The notes: generated by a model not told the origin, from the letters alone. Positions 1-9,995 are shown, counted from the stretch's first letter. The stretch: DNA of 64,000 bases from Candidatus Methanomethylophilaceae archaeon (GCA_050944155.1 JBMNQN010000005.1:7390-71389), one strand, 5' to 3'. Translations and numbers: made by a program.

Positions 1-858
1 TTTCTTTTGGTGCGCACGGACTGGGATAAATTCCCCGGCGCCCATTATACGGTGGGCATTGACACGGTCATGCCAGGCGGACGCACGCTGCAGATAGGTT
101 CCATACATCATTACCGCACCAATTTCTCCGTACCCTATGACATAACCTTCGAAGATCTGGACGGAGAGCACAAACACGTGCATCAGACGACTTTCGGAAT
201 GAGCGAACGTCTCCTCGGTGCGGTAATCGGCATACACGGCGACGACAAGGGACTGATTCTCCCTCCGCCCATAGCGCCGTATCAGGTCGTAGTCATTCCG
301 ATCATTTCGAAAAAGAGCGGAGAGGAAGTTCTCGACGTGTGCAGAATGGTCACCGATGTCCTCAACAGAAGCGGAATAAGAACCAAACTGGACAACAGCG
401 ACGCAAGGCCCGGAGCAAAATATTACGAATGGGAAATGCGCGGAGTCCCTCTCCGTATCGAGATAGGTGCCAGAGACCTGGAAAACAAGTCCGTCACCTT
501 CGCCAGAAGGGACACGGGCGAGAAGGGAACCATATCCCTGGATTCTCTCGTTTCCGGGATCCAACTGCTTTTCGATGATATTTCTTCCGTTCTTTACGCC
601 AGAGCCAAAGAAGTTCAGGAATCCATGGTCACCGACATATCTTCGTACGAAGATGCACCAAAAGCTTCGGACGAGATCCAGAACGTTCCGGTTCTCAGAT
701 TCTTCTGGTGCGGAAGCGAGGAATGCGGCCATAAATTCGAGGATTCCACCGGATTCAAAATATTGGGAACCCCCTACGGAAAAGAAAAAACCGAAGGCAA
801 ATGCGCCGTCTGCGGCAAAAACGCAGGGAAACGTGCGTACGCGGCCCGCCCCATGTGA
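1..858 (+). CDS. proS: prolyl-tRNA synthetase, C-terminal part (5' end lies outside the window)
   Basis: Frame-1 ORF is open from the window edge to TGA 856-858. Class II ProRS blocks are present (GSIHHYRTNFS, HQTTFGMSERLLGAVIGIHGDDKGLILPP), with an archaeal-type Cys-rich C-terminal tail (WCGSEECGHK...CAVCGK). Confidence 0.85.
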   Translation, partial: FLLVRTDWDKFPGAHYTVGIDTVMPGGRTLQIGSIHHYRTNFSVPYDITFEDLDGEHKHVHQTTFGMSERLLGAVIGIHGDDKGLILPPPIAPYQVVVIPIISKKSGEEVLDVCRMVTDVLNRSGIRTKLDNSDARPGAKYYEWEMRGVPLRIEIGARDLENKSVTFARRDTGEKGTISLDSLVSGIQLLFDDISSVLYARAKEVQESMVTDISSYEDAPKASDEIQNVPVLRFFWCGSEECGHKFEDSTGFKILGTPYGKEKTEGKCAVCGKNAGKRAYAARPM

Positions 859-865
859 TGATAAT

Positions 866-1630
866 ATGGCGTTCAGGGAGAACGAACTCGTATATGCCGA
901 AGATTCTTCGGGAAAAAGACACTGGTTCAGAATGTCCGGAGGCATGATCAAGATACCTTCGCTGGGCACGCTCGACGGCGGAAGACTCATGGATTCCGAA
1001 GACGGCTCCGCGTTTTCTCTCGCAGGCGAAGAATTTTTCCTGTTCCGTCCCGGTGTCACAGAACTTATGGATTCCCTGGACAGGGGAGCACAGATTATCA
1101 CTCCGAAAGACGCGGCTTCGATTCTTCTGAACTGCGACGTAAAGTGCGGAGACACCGTTCTGGAAGTGGGAGCGGGTTCGGGAGGTCTCACCACCGCCCT
1201 TCTGCACGCAACCGCGTGCAGCGGAAAAGTGGTCACCGTCGAACTGAAAGAAGAAAACGCCAAAATAACAAGAAGAAACGTTTCCCGCAGCGGGTGGAAA
1301 GAACGCTGGGAATGCGTAATGGGCGACGCCAAATCCGTATCGTTGGATTTGACTGCGGACGTTCTTACCATGGACATGCCCGACCCGTGGCTCGCGTTGG
1401 ACAATCTTCTTCCCCATCTGCGTTCGGGAGGCAGAATCTGCATCTACGTTCCCAACATGAATCAGATGGAATCTTCGGTACTGGCACTCCGCGAACGCGG
1501 GTTCGCCGGCGTGAGAGCCGTCGAGAACATACAGCGGGGAATGGACGTGCATCCGGGAGGGGTAAGACCTGCCTACGAGATGCTCAGTCACACGGGCTAT
1601 CTGATATTCGGACGCAAACGGACTTTCTGA
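866..1630 (+). CDS. trmI: tRNA (adenine-N1)-methyltransferase, TrmI/GCD14 family
   Basis: Starts at internal ATG 866 of track ORF 467..1630; the upstream part of that ORF overlaps proS in another frame. SAM-binding motif VLEVGAGSGGLT and a TrmI-like C-terminal half; 254 aa. Confidence 0.75.
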   Translation: MAFRENELVYAEDSSGKRHWFRMSGGMIKIPSLGTLDGGRLMDSEDGSAFSLAGEEFFLFRPGVTELMDSLDRGAQIITPKDAASILLNCDVKCGDTVLEVGAGSGGLTTALLHATACSGKVVTVELKEENAKITRRNVSRSGWKERWECVMGDAKSVSLDLTADVLTMDMPDPWLALDNLLPHLRSGGRICIYVPNMNQMESSVLALRERGFAGVRAVENIQRGMDVHPGGVRPAYEMLSHTGYLIFGRKRTF

Positions 1631-1686
1631 TGACTTTTTCCCGGTTCGGCGCATAACATATTAAGCCGTGTGCGATACGAGTTGTC

Positions 1687-1926
1687 ATGACAGTATTGGA
1701 AATCCGCATCGAACTCAAAAAGGGCGTAGCCGACCCCGAGGGAAGGAACACCAAAAAAGCCTTGGAGGCTCTCGGTTTCGAAGGAATTGGGGAAGTGAAG
1801 ACGGTCAAGGTCTACGACGTGGAACTTGACTGCGGTCCCGAAGAAGCAGTCAGGGAAGGCGAGGAGATGTGCAGAAAACTCCTCGCGAATCCGGTGATTC
1901 AGAATTTCAAAGTAACCGTGAGATGA
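1687..1926 (+). CDS. purS: phosphoribosylformylglycinamidine synthase subunit PurS
   Basis: 79 aa, typical PurS size and sequence (ADPEGRNTKKALEALGF). Lies immediately upstream of purL and purQ. Confidence 0.9.
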   Translation: MTVLEIRIELKKGVADPEGRNTKKALEALGFEGIGEVKTVKVYDVELDCGPEEAVREGEEMCRKLLANPVIQNFKVTVR

Positions 1927-1930
1927 TCCG

Positions 1931-4264
1931 ATGGTCGAAAGCCTGATGATCAGACGCGACAGGCCCTACGAACTGAGAGACGTAAAAATCGGGGAAGCAT
2001 CCGACAAAGATCTCGTGAAAATATCGGAAGCCATGTCGCTTAACCTCTCTCTGGAGGAGATGCAGACCATTAAGGAGTATTTTGCCGGCGAAGGAAGGGA
2101 TCCCACCGACATAGAACTGGAATCCCTTGGACAGGCATGGAGCGAACATTGCTGTTACAAAAGTTCCAAAGCCGTGCTGAAAGAGTTCGTTTTCGGCATC
2201 GACCGGGACGACGTTCTTTCCAGAGGCGACGCCGGCGTGATGGCGTTCGACGACGAATACGGATACGCTCTGAGAATCGAGAGCCACAACCATCCGTCCG
2301 CGGTGGAACCTTACGGGGGAGCCGCCACGGGAATCGGCGGAATCCTAAGGGACGTCGTGTGCATGGGCGCACAGCCCATCGCTCTGGCGGACCCGCTGTG
2401 TTTCGGGTACCCTAACAGAAGGGGAGAACTTCCTCCCGGAACGAAACATCCGAAGTACCTGCTCAGCGGAGTGATTTCCGGAATAAGGGATTACGGAAAC
2501 AGAGTGGGAATCCCCACAATATCCGGAGCTCTGTATTTCGACGAACGCTACACGTCCAACTGTCTCGTAAACGTGGCGTGTCTGGGTCTTGTGAAAAGGG
2601 ACGAGCTGCAAGTGAACCGCGCGGGGGGACCCGGAGAGGTTATGATACTCATAGGAGGCCGTACCGGCAGGGACGGAATACACGGAGTCAACTTCGCTTC
2701 GAAGGATCTTACGGAAACTTCCGACGAAGATTCCCGCGGTGCCGTTCAGCTGGGAGACCCGATCATAAAAGAGCCGGTGATGCACGCCTGCCTGGAAGTG
2801 AGTTCCAAGAAGCTGATTACGGGAATGAAAGATCTGGGAGGCGGAGGTCTGAGCTGCGTCGTGGGCGAAATGGCCCTGGACGCGGGATGCGGAGCCGACG
2901 TGAATCTGGAAAAAGTTCCCCTTAAGGAAACGGGACTCGCTCCGTGGGAAATCTGGGTATCCGAATCCCAGGAACGTATGATGTGTACGTGCAAACCCGA
3001 AAACGTGGACGAAATACTGGCAATATTCGAAGCATGGGACGTCGAAGCTACGCCGGTTGCCGTAACCACGGACACGAAACGCACCCGCATATTCTGGAAC
3101 GGAGACGAAATATTCGACATGGACCAGAAGTTCCTGACCACCGGTCCGCTTTACCACAGACCCTATACGGAACCGAAAGTTTCCACCCGTGAAGACGAAA
3201 GAGACCCGAAACTTCCGGACGACCGTACCGTCATTCTCAAACTTTTGGCCGACCCCAACGTCGCTTCCAAAGAGTGGGCGATAAGGCAGTACGATTTCGA
3301 AGTGAGAGCTTCCACCGTGGTTTTCCCGCTGGTGGGCGAAGTCAACGCGGAGGGTCCGGGAGACGCATCGGTTCTCAGACCCGTGCATTCCAGCATGAAA
3401 GGACTTGCGGCGGCCATAGGCTGCAACCCCTGGTTTACATCCCTCGACCCGTACAACGGAGGAATGTCCTCCATGGACGAGGCGTGGAGAAACGTCGTTG
3501 CCGTGGGTGCGATGCCGCACGCGATGACGGACTGTCTCAACTTCGGAAACCCGGAGAAACCGGACAGGATGGGCGAATTCAGGGAAGCGGTCAGAGGAAT
3601 CGGCGATTTCGCAAGGTCGCTCAACATACCCATACCGTCCGGAAACGTGAGTCTGTACAACGAAGCGCCGGACGCGGCGGTTCTTCCCACGCCCATGATA
3701 ATGTGTACCGGAATAATGGAGGACGTGTCCAAAGCGGTTACCGCGGATTTCAAGAAATCCGGCAGCAGAATTTATGTCATAGGCGAAACCAAGGACGAAA
3801 TGGGCGGGTCTCTGCTTTACAGACTGTTCGGAGGAAAACAGGGCGTCGTTCCCTCGGTGGACACTGAAAACGTAAGAGACCTGACCGAAAAGATACTCAA
3901 AGCGATGGACAGAAGACTCATACTGAGCTGTCACGACTGTTCCGACGGAGGACTGGGCGTGGCGGTGGCGGAAATGTGCATATCCGGTCAGACGGGAGCG
4001 GTTCTCGATCTGAGGGGCATACCCGGAGACCTGTCTCCCCGCAGGAAACTCTATTCGGAAAGCAACACCCGCTGGATTGCGGAAGTCTCCGAGGAAAACG
4101 CCGCGGAATTCGAGAAAATAATGAACGGATCCGCCTACCACATCGGAAAAACCGGAGGAAATTCCCTCAGCATTAGGGATTCCGGAGCGATAATCGACAC
4201 GGAAGAACTCCGCAAAGCGTGGAGTAATCCCCTCTGGGACATCATGGGAGGGAAACAGGCATGA
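1931..4264 (+). CDS. purL: phosphoribosylformylglycinamidine synthase II (FGAM synthase large subunit)
   Basis: 777 aa with PurL/AIR-synthase-related repeats (SEHCCYKSSK, ESHNHPSAVEPYGGAATGIGG). Starts 4 nt after the purS stop. Confidence 0.95.
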   Translation: MVESLMIRRDRPYELRDVKIGEASDKDLVKISEAMSLNLSLEEMQTIKEYFAGEGRDPTDIELESLGQAWSEHCCYKSSKAVLKEFVFGIDRDDVLSRGDAGVMAFDDEYGYALRIESHNHPSAVEPYGGAATGIGGILRDVVCMGAQPIALADPLCFGYPNRRGELPPGTKHPKYLLSGVISGIRDYGNRVGIPTISGALYFDERYTSNCLVNVACLGLVKRDELQVNRAGGPGEVMILIGGRTGRDGIHGVNFASKDLTETSDEDSRGAVQLGDPIIKEPVMHACLEVSSKKLITGMKDLGGGGLSCVVGEMALDAGCGADVNLEKVPLKETGLAPWEIWVSESQERMMCTCKPENVDEILAIFEAWDVEATPVAVTTDTKRTRIFWNGDEIFDMDQKFLTTGPLYHRPYTEPKVSTREDERDPKLPDDRTVILKLLADPNVASKEWAIRQYDFEVRASTVVFPLVGEVNAEGPGDASVLRPVHSSMKGLAAAIGCNPWFTSLDPYNGGMSSMDEAWRNVVAVGAMPHAMTDCLNFGNPEKPDRMGEFREAVRGIGDFARSLNIPIPSGNVSLYNEAPDAAVLPTPMIMCTGIMEDVSKAVTADFKKSGSRIYVIGETKDEMGGSLLYRLFGGKQGVVPSVDTENVRDLTEKILKAMDRRLILSCHDCSDGGLGVAVAEMCISGQTGAVLDLRGIPGDLSPRRKLYSESNTRWIAEVSEENAAEFEKIMNGSAYHIGKTGGNSLSIRDSGAIIDTEELRKAWSNPLWDIMGGKQA

Positions 4265-5073
4265 AACCCGAAGACGTCAGAGTATGCGTGATGAGAATCG
4301 AAGGCACCAACTGCGAAGAGGAGATGGCCGAAGCCTTCAGAACGGTGGGCGCATCCGCCGAAATGGTACATCTTAAACAGATGGAGAAAAACCCTCCCGC
4401 GGGACGCGGAAGGAGTCTGGAAGACTACGACATATTGGCGTTCCCCGGAGGCTTCTCCGCAGGCGATTACGTCAGAGCGGGAGCCATATTCGCCGCAAGG
4501 ATGAAAAGTTCCGTCGGAAAACAGATAAAGGACTTCGTGGAAGCCGGAAAGCCCGTACTGGGAGTGTGCAACGGATTCCAGATTCTTGTGGAGCTGGGTC
4601 TTCTTCCCGCGATGGACGAAACCATGTCCGAAGTGCCTACGGCTTCCCTGTACACCAACGATTCGGGAAGATTCGAATGCAGGTCCACGGTTCTCAGGAA
4701 CGAAAGCCGCGGAAAATGCATTTTCGTTTCGGAAGTTCCCAAAAAAGGACTGCTCAGGCTTCCTGTCGCCCATGCCGAAGGAAAACTCATGAGCAGCGAC
4801 CCCGATTTCATACAGAAACTGGAGGATAACGATCAGATTGTATTCCGCTACGTGAATCCGGACGGAAGTCCCGCGGTGTATCCGTGGAACCCCAACGGCT
4901 CTCCCACAGGCATAGCGGGAATATGCAACCCCGCCGGAAACGTACTGGGTATGATGCCCCATCCGGAAAGGGTGATGACCCGCTACACCCGTCCCGACTG
5001 GACCCGCAACCCCGGTCCGGAAGAGGGAGACGGAATACAGATTTTCAGGTCCGTAATGAAAAATCTGAGATAA
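4261..5073 (+). CDS. purQ: phosphoribosylformylglycinamidine synthase I (glutaminase subunit)
   Basis: 270 aa class I amidotransferase with nucleophile elbow GVCNGFQ and MPHPER. ATGA overlap with the purL stop. Confidence 0.95.
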   Translation: MKPEDVRVCVMRIEGTNCEEEMAEAFRTVGASAEMVHLKQMEKNPPAGRGRSLEDYDILAFPGGFSAGDYVRAGAIFAARMKSSVGKQIKDFVEAGKPVLGVCNGFQILVELGLLPAMDETMSEVPTASLYTNDSGRFECRSTVLRNESRGKCIFVSEVPKKGLLRLPVAHAEGKLMSSDPDFIQKLEDNDQIVFRYVNPDGSPAVYPWNPNGSPTGIAGICNPAGNVLGMMPHPERVMTRYTRPDWTRNPGPEEGDGIQIFRSVMKNLR

Positions 5074-5074
5074 A

Positions 5075-5728
5075 TCAGATGTTTATGCGGATCTCGATGG
5101 GATCTCCGTCGTTAAGACCCAGCGTACGCCTCAGGTGATACTCGCATATCACTTCGATAGTGTCCGAATAGTGGGACCTTTCGGGAGCCACCACGGCGCA
5201 GTTCTTGTTGCGTATCTTCGCTTTGTATGCCAGAACGTTTCCGAAAGTTCTTCCGTCCCTCTCGAAACCGTTTATGAGCTGTCCGGAGTTTCTGAGTATT
5301 TCCAGCTTGCTCACGTCTTCTTTGTCCACGAGAATGTTGAGTGTTCCCTCGAAAGGATAGAATCCCAGTTTGCTGCGGAACTGTTCCATGTACTCAGGCT
5401 GGCATATGTAGTATCCGCCCTCTCCCATTCCCGGAGTGACCTTACCTTTGAGAAGTATGTGGTCCGTCAGTTCGAATAACCTGCGGTAATCAGTATATTC
5501 TTTTTTCAGTTCGTCGATCCCCCTCTGAGTGAGTTTGATACGCTGCCTTCTCGCGCCGAGGTCGCGCAGAATGAGTTTGTTGTCCAGCAGCTCCAAAATG
5601 CGCTTGGACGCAGACTGCTGGCTCATGCCCAGCGCATCGCCCAGCTCTCTGGAGGAAATCACGATGTAGTCGTCCATTCCTCCGAGAAGGGCAATCCGCT
5701 TCAGTGCGAATATGTACTTTTCGTCCAC
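5075..5728 (-). CDS. rbkR: bifunctional HTH regulator / CTP-dependent archaeal riboflavin kinase (RbkR-type)
   Basis: 217 aa with a GTG start. N-terminal winged-HTH-like segment (ISSRELGDALGMSQQSASKRILELLDNKLI) is fused to an archaeal RibK domain (GMGEGGYY...FEGTLNI...GFERDGRTFG). Confidence 0.8.
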   Translation of the reverse strand: MDEKYIFALKRIALLGGMDDYIVISSRELGDALGMSQQSASKRILELLDNKLILRDLGARRQRIKLTQRGIDELKKEYTDYRRLFELTDHILLKGKVTPGMGEGGYYICQPEYMEQFRSKLGFYPFEGTLNILVDKEDVSKLEILRNSGQLINGFERDGRTFGNVLAYKAKIRNKNCAVVAPERSHYSDTIEVICEYHLRRTLGLNDGDPIEIRINI

Positions 5729-5750
5729 GTCCGTTTATGTTCTGCCAGGG

Positions 5751-5758
5751 TTATAAAC
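5751..5758 (-). promoter_or_regulatory. TATA box candidate for rbkR (leaderless)
   Basis: The minus strand reads GTTTATAA, 22 nt upstream of the GTG start at 5728. The same spacing is seen at several first-in-operon genes here. Confidence 0.45.
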
Positions 5759-5781
5759 ATACTGGCTTTTTTGTAGATACC

Positions 5782-5799
5782 GCATATTAAGTAATATGC
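5782..5799. promoter_or_regulatory. perfect inverted repeat GCATATTA-AG-TAATATGC upstream of the rbkR promoter
   Basis: 8-bp arms with a 2-nt spacer, read directly from the sequence. Lies about 25 nt upstream of the rbkR TATA candidate. Confidence 0.35.
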
Positions 5800-5832
5800 T
5801 CGGCCGGAAAACGGAACGGAATTTCCGTCTTT

Positions 5833-6201
5833 TCAGGCGAGTCTGTCGGTACTGATCCAGCGTCCGGTTCTTGCGTTGGCGGCGATGAATATGACGGCTA
5901 CTCCGATAACCGTCAGTATCGCTCCGATCCAGACATTGAGCGATCCGTAGATGACCGCGCCTATGGCGGAGGCGGTGGCAAGAGCGGCAAGGAAAACCGC
6001 GGATCCCCAGTTGCCCGGGCCGTGGTTCCAGAACATACCGCCGGCGGCGAAGAACAGAACGGAAACAAGCATGTTTACGCACGTACCGACTATTGCCGCG
6101 GTTTCGAAATCGAACGCGTCAATTATGCCTATGAAGGCTATGATTCCGCCGATAATGCCTAGCGCAAAACCTTTTTTCACGATTTTGGGTCTGTCTGTCA
6201 T
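5833..6201 (-). CDS. small integral membrane protein (about 4 TM, HdeD/DUF308-like composition)
   Basis: 122 aa, Gly/Ala/Ile-rich hydrophobic segments (GFALGIIGGIIAFIGII, AVFLAALATASAIGAVIYG). Family call is weak. Confidence 0.55.
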   Translation of the reverse strand: MTDRPKIVKKGFALGIIGGIIAFIGIIDAFDFETAAIVGTCVNMLVSVLFFAAGGMFWNHGPGNWGSAVFLAALATASAIGAVIYGSLNVWIGAILTVIGVAVIFIAANARTGRWISTDRLA

Positions 6202-6242
6202 ATCTGTACCCCCGTAATCCGTCTTAATCTATATATGTTGGT

Positions 6243-6803
6243 TTACTCGGTAAAGCCCTTTACGCATCTGAGTGCGGTCCAGATCAGCACTCCGAGTATC
6301 TCGGCCATCTGAACTTTTGCGTCTGCGTGCGTGATGTAGGACGCAGCCATCATCGCGATGATAATCAAAGTGACGGAACCCCATACCATGTGGCGGTTCT
6401 TTCCGAAATCGTCAATCAGCGATGCAATCATGGCTGCGGCGAAAGAGAAGCATGCCAGAATGGCCGCATACGTGTGGATGTTTTCTCCGTGGTCGAAGAA
6501 TCCGATCCATACCATCGTTATTCCCGCTACGAGCAGCAACACTCCTTCGGCAGTTCTGGCGTAACGGCCTTCTCCGCCGGTTATCTTGCCTATCGAAGAA
6601 ATCGCAAGGAGTATTCCGGAAGCGGCAAGTCCGAATACCAGATAGTTTCCGGAATCGGATGTTCTGAGCACATGAATCATGTCCTCTCCGAAAATCCACG
6701 AGGCGTTGTCGGCAATGGCAAAAAGCCATGCGATAAGGAATGTGAATACGGCTATTATTCCGAGCATCGGATAAAACGCGCTGCTCTTTTTCTCTGAATT
6801 CAT
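6243..6803 (-). CDS. integral membrane protein (about 6 TM), function unknown
   Basis: Track ORF 6243..6821 starts at TTG; ATG 6803 (MNSEKKSSAFYPMLGIIAVF...) is preferred. Multiple hydrophobic helices. Confidence 0.55.
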   Translation of the reverse strand: MNSEKKSSAFYPMLGIIAVFTFLIAWLFAIADNASWIFGEDMIHVLRTSDSGNYLVFGLAASGILLAISSIGKITGGEGRYARTAEGVLLLVAGITMVWIGFFDHGENIHTYAAILACFSFAAAMIASLIDDFGKNRHMVWGSVTLIIIAMMAASYITHADAKVQMAEILGVLIWTALRCVKGFTE

Positions 6804-6932
6804 AACACACGAATTAGTCAACGGGTTAATAACGGTAATCCCCGTTCAGCCCGCGGAACCCCTTTCCGCGGGACCGTCCGGCACGTTTCGGAGAAGAGCA
6901 TCCTTAAATCGGGCGACGGTGTGTACGCAGGT

Positions 6933-7697
6933 ATGAAGAACATCTTTTTCGTCGGAACCGCGGGATGCGGAAAAAGCACCCTTGTCGCTTCCTACAAGAA
7001 CTGGCTCGACGAGAGGGGCATCGATTCGCTGGTACTGAATCTGGATCCCGGAAGCGATGCGCTGCCTTACGTTCCGGACGTGGACATACGGGAATGGGTG
7101 AACACGGCAGAAGTGATGGAAGAGTACGGTCTGGGGCCCAACGGAGCGCAGGTGGTCGCGGCGGACCTTATGGCCATGAACATTTCGAAGATGACCGATA
7201 TCGTGAATTCCATGAGTTCCGATTATCTCCTGATAGACACTCCCGGACAGCTGGAACTGTTTTCCTTCAGAGAGTCTTCGAAAATAATCGTCGAAGCTTT
7301 CGGCACGGCGAATTCCATGCTGTTTTATCTCTCGGACCCGAGTCTGTGCAAAGAAGCCAACGGTTTCGTCACGTCCATGATGCTGTCCGCGCTGGTTCAG
7401 TTCAGACTGAATCTTCCCACGTTCGGCATTCTTTCCAAAGCCGACACCCTCTCCGACGAAGAACTCGAGAGAATCGAGACCTGGTTTTCGGATTCCGATT
7501 CCCTGTACTATGCGCTGTGCGAAAGCGGGCACGACTCCCGTACGGTGGTTGGGGCGGAACTTTTCAAGGCAGTCGAAAACATAGGTCTGTTCGGTGAAAT
7601 CAGAGCGGTTTCCGCGCAGGAAGCCTCCGGTCTCGAAGAGCTCTACGGAGCGATACAGCTGTGCTTTTTCGCCGGCGAGGACGCGGAAGACCTCTGA
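6933..7697 (+). CDS. GPN-loop GTPase
   Basis: P-loop GTAGCGKST is close to the N-terminus and a literal GPN motif is present (EEYGLGPNGA), followed by DTPGQLE. ATG 6933 is preferred over GTG 6921. Confidence 0.8.
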   Translation: MKNIFFVGTAGCGKSTLVASYKNWLDERGIDSLVLNLDPGSDALPYVPDVDIREWVNTAEVMEEYGLGPNGAQVVAADLMAMNISKMTDIVNSMSSDYLLIDTPGQLELFSFRESSKIIVEAFGTANSMLFYLSDPSLCKEANGFVTSMMLSALVQFRLNLPTFGILSKADTLSDEELERIETWFSDSDSLYYALCESGHDSRTVVGAELFKAVENIGLFGEIRAVSAQEASGLEELYGAIQLCFFAGEDAEDL

Positions 7698-8915
7698 TCA
7701 TCCGAACATATATGCCGGGGCGGCTCTGACTTTGTTGCGCCCGACATCCATGACCTTGTCCTTTCCTCTCATGAAGTCGCTCATGGTGACGGTGTCGCGG
7801 CCGTCTCTGATGGCGAGCATGCCCGCTTCGGTGCATATGCTTTTGATTTCGGCACCGGACGCGGTATCGGTGGTTTCCGCGAGCAGTTTTATATCCACGT
7901 CGTCGGCGATATTCATGCCGGAAGTGTGTATCCTGAAAATCTGAATCCTTCCGTCGACGTCCGGAAGACCCACGTCGATTATGCGGTCGAACCTTCCGGG
8001 TCTGAGCAGAGCGTCGTCGAGAATGTCGGGACGGTTTGTCGCCCCTATGATTTTCACGTCTCCGGTGGGTTTGAATCCGTCGAGCTCCGCAAGCAGCTGC
8101 ATAAGGGTTCTCTGAACCTCTCTGTCTCCGGACGTTGCCGCATCGAGTCTCTTGGCACCCACGGAGTCGAGTTCGTCGATGAAGATTATGCTGGGAGCCT
8201 TTTCCCTGGCGAGTTCGAAGAGTTCGCGGACGAGTCTGGCACCTTCTCCGATGTACTTCTGCACGAGCTCGGAACCCACGAGTCTGATGAATGCCGCGTC
8301 GGTGGCGTTGGCGACGGCTTTGGCCATGAGCGTTTTTCCCGTTCCGGGGGGACCCACGAGAAGAACTCCCTTGGGCGGTTCTATGCCGACCTTTTCGTAA
8401 AGTTCGGGCCTCAGGAGAGGGTCTTCGACGGCTTCGCGCAGTTCGATCATCTGCTGGCTCAGTCCGCCTATGTCTTCGTAGGTAATGTCGGGCTTTTCGA
8501 TTATTTCGGCACCCGTAACTATCGGATCGAGGGATGCGGGAAGAACGTTCATCAGCACGAGAGTCTGCTTGTTTAGTGCAACTCTGGCACCCACTATCAG
8601 GTCTTCTTTGGGAACGTATTCGGAAACCCCGACCACGAAGTCGGGGCCGGTGGAACTTTTTACGGCGACCCTGCCGTCGGGCAGTATGTCCTTCAGAGTT
8701 CCGATTATGAGCGGAGGGCTTCTGAGCCTTTCCAGTTCGGTTCGGACACGGGCAAGGTCTTTCTGGAGTCTGAAGAGCTCGCTGTCCGAGAACCGTTTTT
8801 CGTTTTCGGCGTTCTGAAGATCCTCCATCAAGCGGACGTTTCTCTCTTCCAGCGACACTATCTTCGCCTTGAGTTCCGCAGTCTGTTCTTCGCCCTGGTT
8901 AGCCATCTCTATCAT
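7698..8915 (-). CDS. pan: proteasome-activating nucleotidase (AAA+ ATPase)
   Basis: 405 aa with an N-terminal coiled coil, Walker A GPPGTGKT, Walker B IIFIDELD and a C-terminal ...YMFG tail (HbYX-like). Confidence 0.95.
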   Translation of the reverse strand: MIEMANQGEEQTAELKAKIVSLEERNVRLMEDLQNAENEKRFSDSELFRLQKDLARVRTELERLRSPPLIIGTLKDILPDGRVAVKSSTGPDFVVGVSEYVPKEDLIVGARVALNKQTLVLMNVLPASLDPIVTGAEIIEKPDITYEDIGGLSQQMIELREAVEDPLLRPELYEKVGIEPPKGVLLVGPPGTGKTLMAKAVANATDAAFIRLVGSELVQKYIGEGARLVRELFELAREKAPSIIFIDELDSVGAKRLDAATSGDREVQRTLMQLLAELDGFKPTGDVKIIGATNRPDILDDALLRPGRFDRIIDVGLPDVDGRIQIFRIHTSGMNIADDVDIKLLAETTDTASGAEIKSICTEAGMLAIRDGRDTVTMSDFMRGKDKVMDVGRNKVRAAPAYMFG

Positions 8916-9012
8916 CGGGGTTTATGCGCTCCGTCTTTATTACGTTTCGTCTTTGACGAATTTTTCGTCAGGACGGCGGATATTAATATACGCCTTACTT
9001 TTAGAACAACCG

Positions 9013-9519
9013 ATGCTTTGCGAAATGTGCGGAAAGAAAGTGCCGTTTACGAAAACGGTAATCGTAGCCGGAGCCAAGATGGACGTTTGTACGGACTGTG
9101 CCAAGTTCGGCGACGACTACAAAGCCTCCTCCCAGGGCGCTTCCGCAGGCCCGTCCACCGGAGGCAGCAGAACCGTCATAGCCCAGAGGCTGGAAAAAAG
9201 AGAAAGGCGCATGGGAACCCGCGACGTTTACGCGGAAGCCAAAACCGTGGAAGTAAGAGGCGATTACGCTAAAATAATCCGCGAGGCCAGGGAAGCCAAG
9301 GGCATGGATCTCGAACAGTTTTCGGACTCCATAAGCGAGAAAAAGGGAACCATAGCAAAAATCGAAGCGGGAAAACTGATTCCGGACGACAAATTGGCCA
9401 AAAAAATCGAAAAAGCGCTGGATGTCGTTCTTCTGGAAGCGGTTTCTTCGGGAGTCGTTTCGGGAACTGGAAGGTCTTCCGGAAAAATGACTCTGGGAGA
9501 TTTCATCAAAAAGGAATGA
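9013..9519 (+). CDS. mbf1: archaeal multiprotein-bridging factor 1 (Zn-ribbon + HTH)
   Basis: Starts at internal ATG 9013 of track ORF 8869..9519. N-terminal CEMCGK...CTDC zinc ribbon plus a Cro/C1-type HTH (KIIREAREAKGMDLEQFSDSISEKKGTIAKIE). TATA TTAATATA lies 22 nt upstream. Confidence 0.8.
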   Translation: MLCEMCGKKVPFTKTVIVAGAKMDVCTDCAKFGDDYKASSQGASAGPSTGGSRTVIAQRLEKRERRMGTRDVYAEAKTVEVRGDYAKIIREAREAKGMDLEQFSDSISEKKGTIAKIEAGKLIPDDKLAKKIEKALDVVLLEAVSSGVVSGTGRSSGKMTLGDFIKKE

Positions 9520-9521
9520 AA

Positions 9522-9995
9522 TCACTTGGAAATCACGGTTTCTTTTACCGTTTCGTAAAGACCGGAAACGTCCGCGCCCGCATCCCTCAGGACCAGCAGT
9601 CCCGCGACTTCGATGTCAATCTCCAGGTCTTTCTGCAGCATGTTGCAGGCGGCGATGAAACTCTTCTTTTTCATTCCCGCTTTTTCCGCGGCGACGATCA
9701 TCTCCGGGAAAACGTTCTTTTTTTCCGAGGGAGGTTTTCCGAGGGACGCCACGAGATCTTTGGAGGGACGGTACGCTACGGGCAGTTCGGAAGTAAATTC
9801 CCGTGCCGGGCGGAGATAACCGTCCTTTCTTTCCAGAATACCGGAGGAAACCATCGCCGCGATGAGTTTTTTGGCGTCTTCGCCGGACATCCATCTGTAA
9901 TCCAAAGAAACGGTCATGACGAATTCGGTTTCCGTAACCACGTCTTTTCCCTTGTTTCGGAAGAAGGTGGCCGCACAGATCTCCAGCTCGGACAT
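9522..9995 (-). CDS. conserved archaeal protein (DUF2240-like)
   Basis: 157 aa soluble protein. The family assignment is by recollection only; codon usage resembles neighbouring genes. Confidence 0.5.
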   Translation of the reverse strand: MSELEICAATFFRNKGKDVVTETEFVMTVSLDYRWMSGEDAKKLIAAMVSSGILERKDGYLRPAREFTSELPVAYRPSKDLVASLGKPPSEKKNVFPEMIVAAEKAGMKKKSFIAACNMLQKDLEIDIEVAGLLVLRDAGADVSGLYETVKETVISK

